Shown one piece after another: positions 39,684 to 48,475 of a stretch of DNA of 64,000 bases. This DNA is from a virus. The position numbers were made by a program, and so were the translations under genes. Under the pieces are notes generated by a model that did no database searches, had not been told where the DNA came from, and was given only the letters and a program-made list of their open reading frames with translations. Location of the stretch: the IMG/VR virus record IMGVR_UViG_3300009370_000003; one strand, written 5' to 3'. Within the stretch, counting starts at the first letter, position 1. Each line of letters begins with the position of its first letter.

Positions 39684-39976
39684 TAGTCCCTACGAGAATC
39701 TATCTTCTCATCTTCTATAAAATTCTCTGCACGAGCAATTCTATCAATGTCTGGCTTTAAATCTAAAGCCGAAGAAACCAATAAGTCAATCTTAATCATA
39801 TCATTGTTCATCATTCGAACACGATTCTCTAAAGATTCCATAATACCAGCCAATCCTTTTACTTGTCCTACCACTGACTCTAAAATATACTTCAAAGTCA
39901 GGAATATAAAGAAGGCCATAATCACTGCACTTCCTATAGGAATGCCCACTTCACTCAAAAATGTTAATATATCCAT
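39683..39976 (-). CDS. small membrane protein (paralog of 39405-39683)
   Basis: EVGIP TM, RVRMMNNDMIK coiled coil. Confidence 0.75.
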   Translation of the reverse strand: MDILTFLSEVGIPIGSAVIMAFFIFLTLKYILESVVGQVKGLAGIMESLENRVRMMNNDMIKIDLLVSSALDLKPDIDRIARAENFIEDEKIDSRRD

Positions 39977-39981
39977 ACCAT

Positions 39982-39988
39982 TATTTAT
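39982..39988 (-). promoter_or_regulatory. late-type promoter heading the curli operon
   Basis: ATAAATA just upstream of ATG 39976. Confidence 0.6.
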
Positions 39989-40030
39989 GAAAATGAGCTC
40001 TGCTTTGGAACAAATATTCCAAAATTGAAC

Positions 40031-40060
40031 AAAAAAAAGGAGACCGAAGCCTCCTTTTTA
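40031..40060 (-). terminator. intrinsic terminator
   Basis: GGAGGC-TTCG-GTCTCC followed by T8. Confidence 0.85.
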
Positions 40061-40077
40061 GTTCTTGTAAATAAGAT

Positions 40078-40341
40078 TTATTTCAGTTGTGAATGTATTT
40101 CACTAATGACAGCAGCTTTATTACCTGACTTTTTAACCTTTAGAGAGCGTTTCTCTGCGAAATCAAAAAGTTGACCCTTAGTTAGTTTTCCAAGTTCTGC
40201 TTTAGAGACAACACCATTGTTGTTCCTGTCAGCAGTCACTACTGGTTTGGAAGTTTGGGTCTTCTTAGAACCCTGTTCCTTCCATACTAGAAAAGCAACT
40301 ACGGCTACGATAATTAAAACTACGATACTTGAAGTTTCCAT
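40078..40341 (-). CDS. membrane-anchored small protein with EF-hand-like loop and HeH/Rho_N-like tail
   Basis: N-terminal TM; DRNNNGVVSKAE; LTKGQLFDFAE..L.V..SGNKAAVI. Confidence 0.6.
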   Translation of the reverse strand: METSSIVVLIIVAVVAFLVWKEQGSKKTQTSKPVVTADRNNNGVVSKAELGKLTKGQLFDFAEKRSLKVKKSGNKAAVISEIHSQLK

Positions 40342-40379
40342 AATCTATTTCCTCATAATTAATTAATTAATACTCTTAT

Positions 40380-40553
40380 TTAGTCCTTAGCTTTACCAAC
40401 ATTTATTGCTACCCAGTCTATTACTTTATAGCACTTTTTAACGATGCCGTCATCTACTGGTGTTGGAGTTAAAGCTGCAACTAATGAAGCACCCATAACT
40501 AACCAAGGTATCACTTGAATCCATGCTATAATCCATTGTAGGAATTCTAACAT
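40380..40553 (-). CDS. small membrane protein, 57 aa, holin-like (not in ORF track)
   Basis: MLEFLQWII...ASLVAALTPTPVDD..., AGGAG RBS. Confidence 0.7.
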   Translation of the reverse strand: MLEFLQWIIAWIQVIPWLVMGASLVAALTPTPVDDGIVKKCYKVIDWVAINVGKAKD

Positions 40554-40595
40554 ATTTTCTCCTTCGAAAGAAATAAAAGTCTTTCGTAGGTATAT

Positions 40596-41006
40596 TTAGG
40601 AGTTATTACTACCTATTGAGTATTTAGTAGTTAACTTCCAATTAGATTTTTCCTTGAACGGAATGATTTTTATCTGTGAAAGTGGAGCTCTTGGTTCTGC
40701 TATTTGTTGTGTATTCACGACAGAAACTAACTTCCATTGTTCTAATAAAGAAACAATAGTGTTCCTTCGTCCTATATCGGACTCATCAATGTTGGTAGGT
40801 TTACCATCTAATTTGAATAGTTCTTTGAAATGGGTAATGTAATACTTACCGCGTTTGTGTAATATATGACACGACTGGAAAAGTTCTTGCTCTCTTCTAG
40901 AGGCAACACCTATGCGTGAGAGAGTCTCTCTTATCTTGAGAAAGTCGTCTTTTTCAGGGAATGTGACCTCGACTAGGTCTTTGACTATAGCTTCTTGGCT
41001 ATCCAT
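40596..41006 (-). CDS. regA: translational repressor RegA
   Basis: DDFLKIRETLSRIG, QSCHILHKRG.YYI.HFKE. Confidence 0.97.
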   Translation of the reverse strand: MDSQEAIVKDLVEVTFPEKDDFLKIRETLSRIGVASRREQELFQSCHILHKRGKYYITHFKELFKLDGKPTNIDESDIGRRNTIVSLLEQWKLVSVVNTQQIAEPRAPLSQIKIIPFKEKSNWKLTTKYSIGSNNS

Positions 41007-41391
41007 TATCCTTACCACCAATATTCATTCTGTTTTTCAATTCTCGAATCTGTTTATCAGACAATAGATTAACATACTCTTTAGCCTCTTTTGTTGATAT
41101 CTGATAATATTGTTTTACAGTATCGATTTTCTTACTAATATATGGTTTAGACCACTGTGAAAATCTTTGTCTTTTCCTAAGAGTATTTAGGAAAAAGACA
41201 TATTGGAGGCGGGTATCGACTCCGTGTCTCACATTCATTTCGTTAGTAAGGAAAACAGAATCTTGGTGATAAGATAATGCTTTGTTGATTAAAAATGGTT
41301 GATATGCTTTTTCTTCGACCTCATCAACCATGAGGTCTTTTTTTGTATACGAAACTGACTTAACAAAGTCAAATGGATTTCGTTTGGTCAT
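40999..41391 (-). CDS. gp62: clamp loader small subunit
   Basis: Y.PFLINKALS, NEMN, LRKRQRFS.W; upstream of regA. Confidence 0.92.
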   Translation of the reverse strand: MTKRNPFDFVKSVSYTKKDLMVDEVEEKAYQPFLINKALSYHQDSVFLTNEMNVRHGVDTRLQYVFFLNTLRKRQRFSQWSKPYISKKIDTVKQYYQISTKEAKEYVNLLSDKQIRELKNRMNIGGKDNG

Positions 41392-41678
41392 TACTGGGTA
41401 TTGGGTGAACCATGGCGAATCCACTCGCTTAAGAGTTCGTCACCTTTGAGTTGGTCACCCATAACAACAATCTCTCCAGTATCTAATTCTCTACGGATTA
41501 CACCATTGTTATATTGGGTATCTACGACTCTTCTCGTGCCGTTAGCAGTGTCTTCGGGTCTTTGGTCATACCAACATGAATCTAATGAATGTGCATGATA
41601 TGCTTTAATACCTTTAGCCCATTTCTCGGCAACTAACATACTTCTTTGTTTCTCCACTCGGTCTTCATATTGTGTCAT
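41391..41678 (-). CDS. hypothetical protein
   Basis: packed ORF. Confidence 0.6.
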   Translation of the reverse strand: MTQYEDRVEKQRSMLVAEKWAKGIKAYHAHSLDSCWYDQRPEDTANGTRRVVDTQYNNGVIRRELDTGEIVVMGDQLKGDELLSEWIRHGSPNTQ

Positions 41679-41848
41679 TTTTTCTCCACTGGTTTATATA
41701 ATGCTTTCAAAATTGCATTATGTTTTTTCTTATCTTCTTCCTCTTGTCCTTGAGTTAAATTAACTAGAGCTTCTCGTTGTCTCTCTTCTTGTATCATATC
41801 TGCATACCTCAATCGGTAAATAAAATTCCACCCTATTGAATCGTTCAT
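41675..41848 (-). CDS. hypothetical protein
   Basis: likely start 41848 (ATGA overlap). Confidence 0.5.
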   Translation of the reverse strand: MNDSIGWNFIYRLRYADMIQEERQREALVNLTQGQEEEDKKKHNAILKALYKPVEKK

Positions 41849-42066
41849 CTGGCTAACTGCTCCAGTATACTTCTTTGTTCTCTCCATTCTAAGCATACAC
41901 AAGTCATAGTTGACCTTTGTCTTCCTTCACAAAAAGCAAAATAACCAACGGGACATGAGAACCTATCGGGGTGCCTATAATATCTATCATTCACTGCATT
42001 ATAATTGCCATAACTTTGACAACCACTTAGACCACAAAATAGTAATCCCATTAAAAATTTATTCAT
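41845..42066 (-). CDS. small Cys-rich lipoprotein
   Basis: LSGC lipobox, four further Cys. Confidence 0.65.
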   Translation of the reverse strand: MNKFLMGLLFCGLSGCQSYGNYNAVNDRYYRHPDRFSCPVGYFAFCEGRQRSTMTCVCLEWREQRSILEQLAR

Positions 42067-43004
42067 TTAAATTTACACTCGCTCATAATTTCTGTTAAAC
42101 ATGCAACGAAATTGATTTCACTATCCATTGCAAATGCTGATTTGTATTGATAGTCAGCAATGAACAAGACAGCAGCTGGAACAGAAGTCGGTTCTAATCT
42201 CAACTCAAGTGCGTTAAATAACTTTCGATACAAAGTATTAAAGTCGTTATCGGAATTCTTACCAACCCATTTCCTCATACCAGTCCAATTCTTTTCTTTA
42301 ATCATATCGATTAATGGTGTTAACTTCTCTTCGTTTAAAGTGGTGAGAAGCCCACTATCGATTACACCACTTACACCATATCTTTGGACTTCGTTTATAC
42401 ACCTTCTATAATCAGGAAAGAATTTAATAACCAGTTCAACTAGAACTTTTTGGTCATATGTAATTCCTTCGGTTGTGCATATCTCCATAAGTCTTGCAAG
42501 AAACACTGACGCAAGTCTTTGTTTCTCATCAGGTGTCATGGTAAAATCTATGACTGTAGTTCTAGAATGTAATGGTGGAATAATCCTATTCTTATAATTA
42601 CAAGTAAAAATGAATCTACAGTTAGAAGAAAACTCTTCTATAAAATTTCTAAGTGCTGGTTGAACTGAATCTGCAGATATGTAATCGGCCTCGTCCAGTA
42701 TAACCACCTTTGGTGCATCTGACAATGAAACTGTCGATGCAAAGTTCTTTATCTTCGTTCTAAGGGTATCTATGAGTCTCCCCTCGTCACTACCATTGAT
42801 TACGATAAAGTCGGCCCCTAGCTCGTTACAGAGTGCCTTAGCGACCGTTGTTTTACCTACACCAGCAGACCCACACAACATCAAGTTAGGGACTTCCCCT
42901 TGTTTTACAAACTCTTGGAATGTGGATTTTAGGTGAACTGGTAGTATCGTGTCCTCAATAGTTTGAGGTCTATACTTTTCAACGAATAAATATTCTTCTT
43001 TCAT
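42063..43004 (-). CDS. gp44: clamp loader large subunit
   Basis: EKYRP, GSAGVGKT, DEAD, SR motif. Confidence 0.97.
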   Translation of the reverse strand: MKEEYLFVEKYRPQTIEDTILPVHLKSTFQEFVKQGEVPNLMLCGSAGVGKTTVAKALCNELGADFIVINGSDEGRLIDTLRTKIKNFASTVSLSDAPKVVILDEADYISADSVQPALRNFIEEFSSNCRFIFTCNYKNRIIPPLHSRTTVIDFTMTPDEKQRLASVFLARLMEICTTEGITYDQKVLVELVIKFFPDYRRCINEVQRYGVSGVIDSGLLTTLNEEKLTPLIDMIKEKNWTGMRKWVGKNSDNDFNTLYRKLFNALELRLEPTSVPAAVLFIADYQYKSAFAMDSEINFVACLTEIMSECKFK

Positions 43005-43011
43005 AATTAAG

Positions 43012-43110
43012 GTTGTAGATTCCCCGCCGAGTCTACAGTGCAATCCACCCTTGAAGATTGATGAGATTGGATTACTCCCGAAAATATTGCAGAGACTGGC
43101 ACAATATTAA
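43012..43110 (-). ncRNA. candidate three-hairpin leader RNA of gp44
   Basis: three consecutive stems, two with G-U pairs that form only on the mRNA strand. Confidence 0.45.
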
Positions 43111-43124
43111 CACTAATATATAGG

Positions 43125-43793
43125 TCAAGCATTGTAATTTGAGTCAGGCTCCAACGCAATAAAATACTCTAAATCGATATCTGTATTGTTAAAATGAGAT
43201 ATTCCTTTAGAAGAAACTGAAACTGTATAGTTTCCGTCTAGAACTTTAAGATTTTCCATTTTAAAATTCATTGTATATGTAGAACCATTACCTTCACCTA
43301 CAATTCTTGAGAATGTATTTGAAGTCGTATTCTTCTTATCAGTTACTTCTAACTTGATAGTGGTTCCGTCACTGGATAAAACTAAATCATTCACTCCAAG
43401 AACACTTCCAGCTTTCTGTAATTCAGAAAGAAGAGTAGAACTAATATCAAGAGTGATTTCTGCTTCAGGCATTGTTATCATTTTATCAGGTGCGGTGACC
43501 ATACCTTCGCTTGCATAGAAATATGCAAGACTTGAATCGTCATCTGCAACAGTCAAACTTGCGTCTCCAAATGTAAACTCGGGGTCAGACAACAAAGATG
43601 TTGCACCCAAAAATTCAGGCAAGTTATATATACTAAAATCTTGAGGGAACGATTCATCTACCGTTGCCACTGCAAGAATGTTTTTCATATTGGAAATAGT
43701 TTCTAATTTATTTCCAGTCTTAACTCGGATACCCGAATTAATAGTTGAGAAATTTTTTAAGACATTCCTCGTGTCATTACTAATTTTCATCAC
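43125..43793 (-). CDS. gp45: sliding clamp
   Basis: LKNFSTINSGI, FSIYNL.EFL, YFIALE. Confidence 0.95.
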   Translation of the reverse strand: MMKISNDTRNVLKNFSTINSGIRVKTGNKLETISNMKNILAVATVDESFPQDFSIYNLPEFLGATSLLSDPEFTFGDASLTVADDDSSLAYFYASEGMVTAPDKMITMPEAEITLDISSTLLSELQKAGSVLGVNDLVLSSDGTTIKLEVTDKKNTTSNTFSRIVGEGNGSTYTMNFKMENLKVLDGNYTVSVSSKGISHFNNTDIDLEYFIALEPDSNYNA

Positions 43794-44086
43794 TTGTTAG
43801 CCTCCTTTATATGCGTGTCGTGATTATATAAAGCAAGGAACCCATAATGTATGACTTTTAATAAGTCTGCACGATTGTATCCGTCTTTCTTACCGTAGCG
43901 TTGTGCATACTTTAAGATATTTCCGATACAGAATCCCTCTCCATGTCCACCGTCCATGATAAATTCAGTTGCCTGAAACTTATCCTTGGAATAGTGTTGT
44001 TCATAGGTCTTATCTACATACTTCATGAATTCACTTAATAGTTCCTTCTCATTGTATTTGTAGTTAATTCCAGTCATTGTTACCAT
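43790..44086 (-). CDS. DUF3310-like (T7 gp1.7-like) protein
   Basis: QHY...EGFCIGNILKYAQRYGKKDG...DLLKVIHY. Confidence 0.8.
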   Translation of the reverse strand: MVTMTGINYKYNEKELLSEFMKYVDKTYEQHYSKDKFQATEFIMDGGHGEGFCIGNILKYAQRYGKKDGYNRADLLKVIHYGFLALYNHDTHIKEANK

Positions 44087-44122
44087 TATACTCTATCTTA
44101 TCTTTCCTGACAATAGGGTTTT
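44085..44122 (-). promoter_or_regulatory. AAAACC-box promoter for the gp45 operon
   Basis: AAAACCCTA-TTGTCA-N17-TATAAT. Confidence 0.7.
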
Positions 44123-44132
44123 TGTAGATTTC

Positions 44133-45386
44133 TTAGTAGTCGGTGTCTGAGTCTAAGATGTCATCTTCAATGACCGTGTCTTCTTCGACTTCAGCATTAA
44201 GGTCAACACCAGCGTCAACCTTAGTGTAGAGGTCAAGGATTGAAGCCCTTGTTTCCTCATCGAACCTTGAGATACACATGGTGATTGATTTGATTTTGTC
44301 GTTAAACATTCTAAATGCATTCACTATGTGAACCAGTCTTCTAGTGGTGACAACATCATCAATACCACCTTCGTAGTATGTTTTTCTGATTATGTCAGCC
44401 CAGTCAACAAGCTTCTCACAAAACTCATCATCAACTTCACCAGTCAGAGCCATTTCTTTTTTAAGAATGGTTCTTTCAGTTTTCACTGGTGGATATTCTT
44501 GACCCATTGTGATTGCAAACCTTTCCAACATGGCTTCATTCATGATTTGAGTTCCAATGAACTTTCCATCTTCGGAACCTTGTCCTTTAGTGTTTGCAGT
44601 AGCAAGGATAGTGAAACCAGCTTTAGGACTCACCCACTCACCAGTTTTCTTGATTAGGTAACCTTTACCTTCAAGAACTGATTGTAAGCACATTAATTTG
44701 TTTGAACCCAAGTCAACTTCGTCAAGAAGAAGGACAGCTCCTTTCCTCATTGCTTTGATAACTGGGCCTTCTCTAAAGACAATGTTTCCATTGACCAGTG
44801 AATGTCCACCCATTAAATCATCTTCGTCAGTCTCAATCGTAATGTTGACTCTGTAAAGCTCTCTTTTTAATTGGGCACAAACTTGTTCAACCATTAAGGT
44901 TTTACCGTTACCACTCAAACCAGTTACAAAAACTGGGAAAAAGATTTTAGATTTAATGATGTTTTTCACATCTTTGAAATGACCAAATGGAACATAGTTA
45001 ACCATTTTCTCGGGAATGATTTTCACATTCTCATCAAGAAGATTAACACTTTCAGTTGCAGCAGCAACTGGCATGTTCATGGGGTCTGCTGTTGCCCTTA
45101 CTGGGACAACTTTAACTGGTGTCTCACCACCGTGAGAATAACCACCGTTATAACCCTCGATAACTTGGGTAATATTATAAAGAAGAGGGCCAGAACTCTG
45201 TTCCTCTTTGAACCCAAATTTGTTATCTTTCAACCATGAAGGGAAATATCCACCCATAGCTTCTTTGATTTCAGCCCTAGTAAAACTGGTCTGTGAACCA
45301 AATTTAGAAACCAGTTCGTCTAAAAACTCCGTCCTATCGGGAGTGTAGGTGAACTTATTTCCGTTAATTTCTGTCGAATCTGTCAT
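44133..45386 (-). CDS. MoxR-type AAA+ ATPase (phage 'CobS'-like)
   Basis: GLSGNGKT, LLLDEVD, TANTKG, NEAMLERF, TRRL. Confidence 0.92.
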   Translation of the reverse strand: MTDSTEINGNKFTYTPDRTEFLDELVSKFGSQTSFTRAEIKEAMGGYFPSWLKDNKFGFKEEQSSGPLLYNITQVIEGYNGGYSHGGETPVKVVPVRATADPMNMPVAAATESVNLLDENVKIIPEKMVNYVPFGHFKDVKNIIKSKIFFPVFVTGLSGNGKTLMVEQVCAQLKRELYRVNITIETDEDDLMGGHSLVNGNIVFREGPVIKAMRKGAVLLLDEVDLGSNKLMCLQSVLEGKGYLIKKTGEWVSPKAGFTILATANTKGQGSEDGKFIGTQIMNEAMLERFAITMGQEYPPVKTERTILKKEMALTGEVDDEFCEKLVDWADIIRKTYYEGGIDDVVTTRRLVHIVNAFRMFNDKIKSITMCISRFDEETRASILDLYTKVDAGVDLNAEVEEDTVIEDDILDSDTDY

Positions 45387-45415
45387 TTTGTCTCCTTATT
45401 TCTCATCATATATAC

Positions 45416-45448
45416 ATTTTATCAAAAAGCGAGAGGCATTGTCAAGGC
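45416..45448 (-). promoter_or_regulatory. early promoter (copy 3 of 5)
   Basis: GCC-TTGACA-ATGCCTCTCGCTTTTTGA-TAAAAT. Confidence 0.85.
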
Positions 45449-45449
45449 C

Positions 45450-45716
45450 TTATTTAATAGGTTCAAGATATGTTCCCATCTTTTTGATACATTTAATCTC
45501 ACCTTTTGCACTCTTTTCGGTCAAATATTTCTCACCATTATTGACCCATGTTCTAAATGCAAAACATTCTACTTCTTTTTCTTTACAATTATCGTATTGT
45601 GGACACTTATGGAATACACAAGGACTTGGCCCTACATCCATAACTGCGTCAGCAAACTTACTGTAATCAGGATTTACCGTATGGTAATATGCTGGGTCTA
45701 CTTTAAGATGTGGCAT
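45450..45716 (-). CDS. small Cys-rich protein
   Basis: SPC...C....C......C.AF pattern. Confidence 0.6.
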   Translation of the reverse strand: MPHLKVDPAYYHTVNPDYSKFADAVMDVGPSPCVFHKCPQYDNCKEKEVECFAFRTWVNNGEKYLTEKSAKGEIKCIKKMGTYLEPIK

Positions 45717-45903
45717 TTTTATATGTCTCCGTCCATTTAATGAACACGAGGTTCGATTGTTCTCTACTTAATCCCATGTTGTCTCTCAACCACTTGGGGG
45801 CTGCATACATATTCATCACACCCATTTCTCTTATCGTATCGAGTGTATCAAAATATTCAGACGGTTCGAATTCTATGCCGTCAACATTTATTGTTTCATC
45901 CAT
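45703..45903 (-). CDS. small hypothetical protein
   Basis: LDTIREMGVMNMY motif. Confidence 0.65.
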   Translation of the reverse strand: MDETINVDGIEFEPSEYFDTLDTIREMGVMNMYAAPKWLRDNMGLSREQSNLVFIKWTETYKNATS

Positions 45904-48324
45904 TTATGCTATCTCCTTTATGAATTCATTAGTTAAGAACCTAGATGTTGATTTTGCATTTTGGTTCTTTTTAAATCTTGCAGTCAGTGTTGCTTTCTTT
46001 GCACCGATTAATTCATCGTCCAAAGTCTCTTCACCGTCAGTTCCAATCGCTGAACTCGCTGTCAAGAATAATTTATTGTAGCCATGAACTTTGTAGACTG
46101 CTCCTTCTTTTCTAGCTTTTTTCCATTCAGTAGTATAATCCAACCAACCAACATCACTTTGAACTTCGTAGAGAAGTTGAGACATATCGCTCTTTCTTCC
46201 ACAAACAAAGTATCCAGTAACTATAACCCCAGTCTCTTCTGATAACCAGTGTAAAAGATTTTGGGTTTTTCTAAAATACTGTCCACCACTTCTTCCTTCG
46301 TAAGGATAAACTCTTCCACTAATCGGGTCGATTAATTCTCTTTCTTTTTTGTAGTTCCAGCTCTCACCTTCACTTTGTTCTTTAATTTCTTTGGTCTCTT
46401 CATCACTATGTCTAAGAATGTTTGCACTGTGAGAATACCCATCAGTGATTACTGTTAAGATTGATTTCTCAACTGCATATCTTTTGTTAAACTCGGGAAG
46501 GATTTTTCTCAATGCAACCAAAGTAGTATCCAGTGGAGTTCCACCTAGTCCGTATCTTTGAGGATAATACTCATCAGGAAGGTCAATGTATCCACCTTGA
46601 GAGCCGTCAACATATTCACAACCACTGAACCATTCATTCCAAACCGCAAGGTTCTTTTGAAAATGTCTGCCCCACCTAGTAACTGATTCACCAAAGTAAC
46701 AGTTCCAAATGTTCATGACATATTTGAATGCTTCTCTATAATCCTTGGTGTTCATTTCATTAGAGAAGATTTCGATTAGGTTACCGTCACTACCCCAGCT
46801 ATCATTAAATCTATCAGAAAATAAGTAAACTCTATGAGGGATACCAACTTTTCTACAGAACATGGTAAGGATAATTGATTGTTCTAAAAGGTCTCTTACT
46901 TCCTTATAAATTGAACCACTCCAGTCAATCATGATATTCACACCATGGTTTTCACCTTCTGGCATGTAAGTCACTCTCTTAAATACATCTTCAACAATCT
47001 GATACTTGGCAAGTCTGTTCATATCTAATTTACCAGTCTTACCAGTGAATGCATGTTTTGACAACATTGCAGATTGTCTCATTTCAAATTCTTTTGCCAT
47101 GTGGTTAACAATGGCTTTATTTTTTCTTTCCATTTTTTTCATTGAGTGCATAGCTCTCAATGCTTGTTGTGGAAATTTTGCAACCATAAATTTGTTAAGG
47201 TCACTACCGTCTTCATATTTACCGTCATTAAAAAAGTTTCTAAAATCATTAATGAAAGTTTTGTAAGGAATGATAGTTTTATCAGCATGTTCATTGAACC
47301 CTTTATTCTTTAAATCGATTTGAGTTCTGATTATGTTAGTATCTGAAATGAACTGCTCTTCGTTGTTGTGTGCAGCGTGTTCTGTAATAGACTCCCTTGC
47401 ACCATCTTCATCATCATAATCTTCGGGTCTTTCAGGCATGTCATTAGATTTACCACCAGTAGTTTTTTTACCAGCACCTTGATTTTCACCGTCTTCGTCT
47501 GACTCACCTTCTTCACTTTCAGATTCTTCACCACCTTCACTAGGAGCTTCTTCTTCCTCTACATCAGGAAGAGAGTCTTCATCTTCGTCTGACTCTTCAC
47601 CTTGGTCACCTTTGGCACCGTCACCTTCTTCTTCGGAAGTTTCGGATTCACCCCATGAAATCTCTTCCATGTCTTCACCGTCTTCATCTTCGTCTTCTTC
47701 TTCGTCACCAACATCAAACATTTGTGGAACTAACTTTTCGTCAGCTTCAGTTCTTGTTTCATTAGTCTTAGACCACTCATAAATTGCAGTAGCACATTCT
47801 TCAACTTCGTCCCAAGACTCACACCTTTCGGCCCAGTCTAAAAAGACTTGTTCTTCTTTTGAAAGTTTGATTTGAATTCTAGAACCACATTTAGTGATAA
47901 GGTTAATTTTATCAATCAATGATAAATCTTTATTAAGGTCTCTATCTTTAACACCAAAAAAGTCCATTCCCATTAACTCATTATAAGCAGTGTAGAATGA
48001 TTTTCTCAATCCTTGGTATTTGTTTCTAATATTTTTTTCAATCCTAACATCTTCTATAACATTAAGATATCCTTTAAGTGTTTTGTTCTTAGTCACTGCA
48101 GAGTGAACACCCTCATATGGAGTCCATAATGCATGACCAACTTCATGACCCATGAAAAGGTCATAGAGTTCGGAAGAAATGTCGTCCTTAAATATAGGAC
48201 AACAAAGTAATCTATTCTTTAAATCAAAATATGCAGTAGGAGTTTTCCTATGCACTATAGTGAGATTTTCAGACGCCATTAATTTGGCAAGATTGTCTTT
48301 TTGGTTCTTTAATTTCTCACTCAT
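45904..48324 (-). CDS. zincin + acidic linker + vWA protein (phage 'CobT'-like)
   Basis: HEVGH, NVIEDVRIE, D/E-rich linker, MIDAS DWSGS...GGTP...ITDG. Confidence 0.88.
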   Translation of the reverse strand: MSEKLKNQKDNLAKLMASENLTIVHRKTPTAYFDLKNRLLCCPIFKDDISSELYDLFMGHEVGHALWTPYEGVHSAVTKNKTLKGYLNVIEDVRIEKNIRNKYQGLRKSFYTAYNELMGMDFFGVKDRDLNKDLSLIDKINLITKCGSRIQIKLSKEEQVFLDWAERCESWDEVEECATAIYEWSKTNETRTEADEKLVPQMFDVGDEEEDEDEDGEDMEEISWGESETSEEEGDGAKGDQGEESDEDEDSLPDVEEEEAPSEGGEESESEEGESDEDGENQGAGKKTTGGKSNDMPERPEDYDDEDGARESITEHAAHNNEEQFISDTNIIRTQIDLKNKGFNEHADKTIIPYKTFINDFRNFFNDGKYEDGSDLNKFMVAKFPQQALRAMHSMKKMERKNKAIVNHMAKEFEMRQSAMLSKHAFTGKTGKLDMNRLAKYQIVEDVFKRVTYMPEGENHGVNIMIDWSGSIYKEVRDLLEQSIILTMFCRKVGIPHRVYLFSDRFNDSWGSDGNLIEIFSNEMNTKDYREAFKYVMNIWNCYFGESVTRWGRHFQKNLAVWNEWFSGCEYVDGSQGGYIDLPDEYYPQRYGLGGTPLDTTLVALRKILPEFNKRYAVEKSILTVITDGYSHSANILRHSDEETKEIKEQSEGESWNYKKERELIDPISGRVYPYEGRSGGQYFRKTQNLLHWLSEETGVIVTGYFVCGRKSDMSQLLYEVQSDVGWLDYTTEWKKARKEGAVYKVHGYNKLFLTASSAIGTDGEETLDDELIGAKKATLTARFKKNQNAKSTSRFLTNEFIKEIA

Positions 48325-48330
48325 GTATAC

Positions 48331-48363
48331 ATTATCTCAAAAAGCGAGGGGCATTGTCAAGGC
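48331..48363 (-). promoter_or_regulatory. early promoter (copy 4 of 5)
   Basis: GCC-TTGACA-ATGCCCCTCGCTTTTTGA-GATAAT. Confidence 0.8.
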
Positions 48364-48378
48364 CTGATTTATAGGGAT

Positions 48379-48453
48379 TGGCGGTCTGTAAGGGAATCGA
48401 ACCCTTCTCTCCACCGTGACAGGGTGGCATACTTACCGATATACTAACAGACC
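48379..48453 (-). tRNA. tRNA-Asp (GTC)
   Basis: GGTCTGT acceptor stem, CCACC-CTGTCAC-GGTGG anticodon arm, GGTTCGATTCC T arm, encoded CCA. Confidence 0.95.
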
Positions 48454-48475
48454 GATTTTTCCAATTCATACAACC

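Noticed and set aside
32961-39976. Curli/cyclase block as host contamination or chimeric assembly
   Set aside because: Same strand and packing as phage genes, a phage late-type promoter, and the same GGWCC/CCAGA avoidance as the rest of the window
44133-45386. cobS as a cobalamin auxiliary metabolic gene
   Set aside because: No cobN or other cob genes; motifs support only a generic MoxR ATPase paired with a vWA protein
47400-47720. TCTTCN-rich low-complexity DNA as a tandem repeat
   Set aside because: Explained by the Asp/Glu-rich linker of the vWA protein; the same holds for gp22
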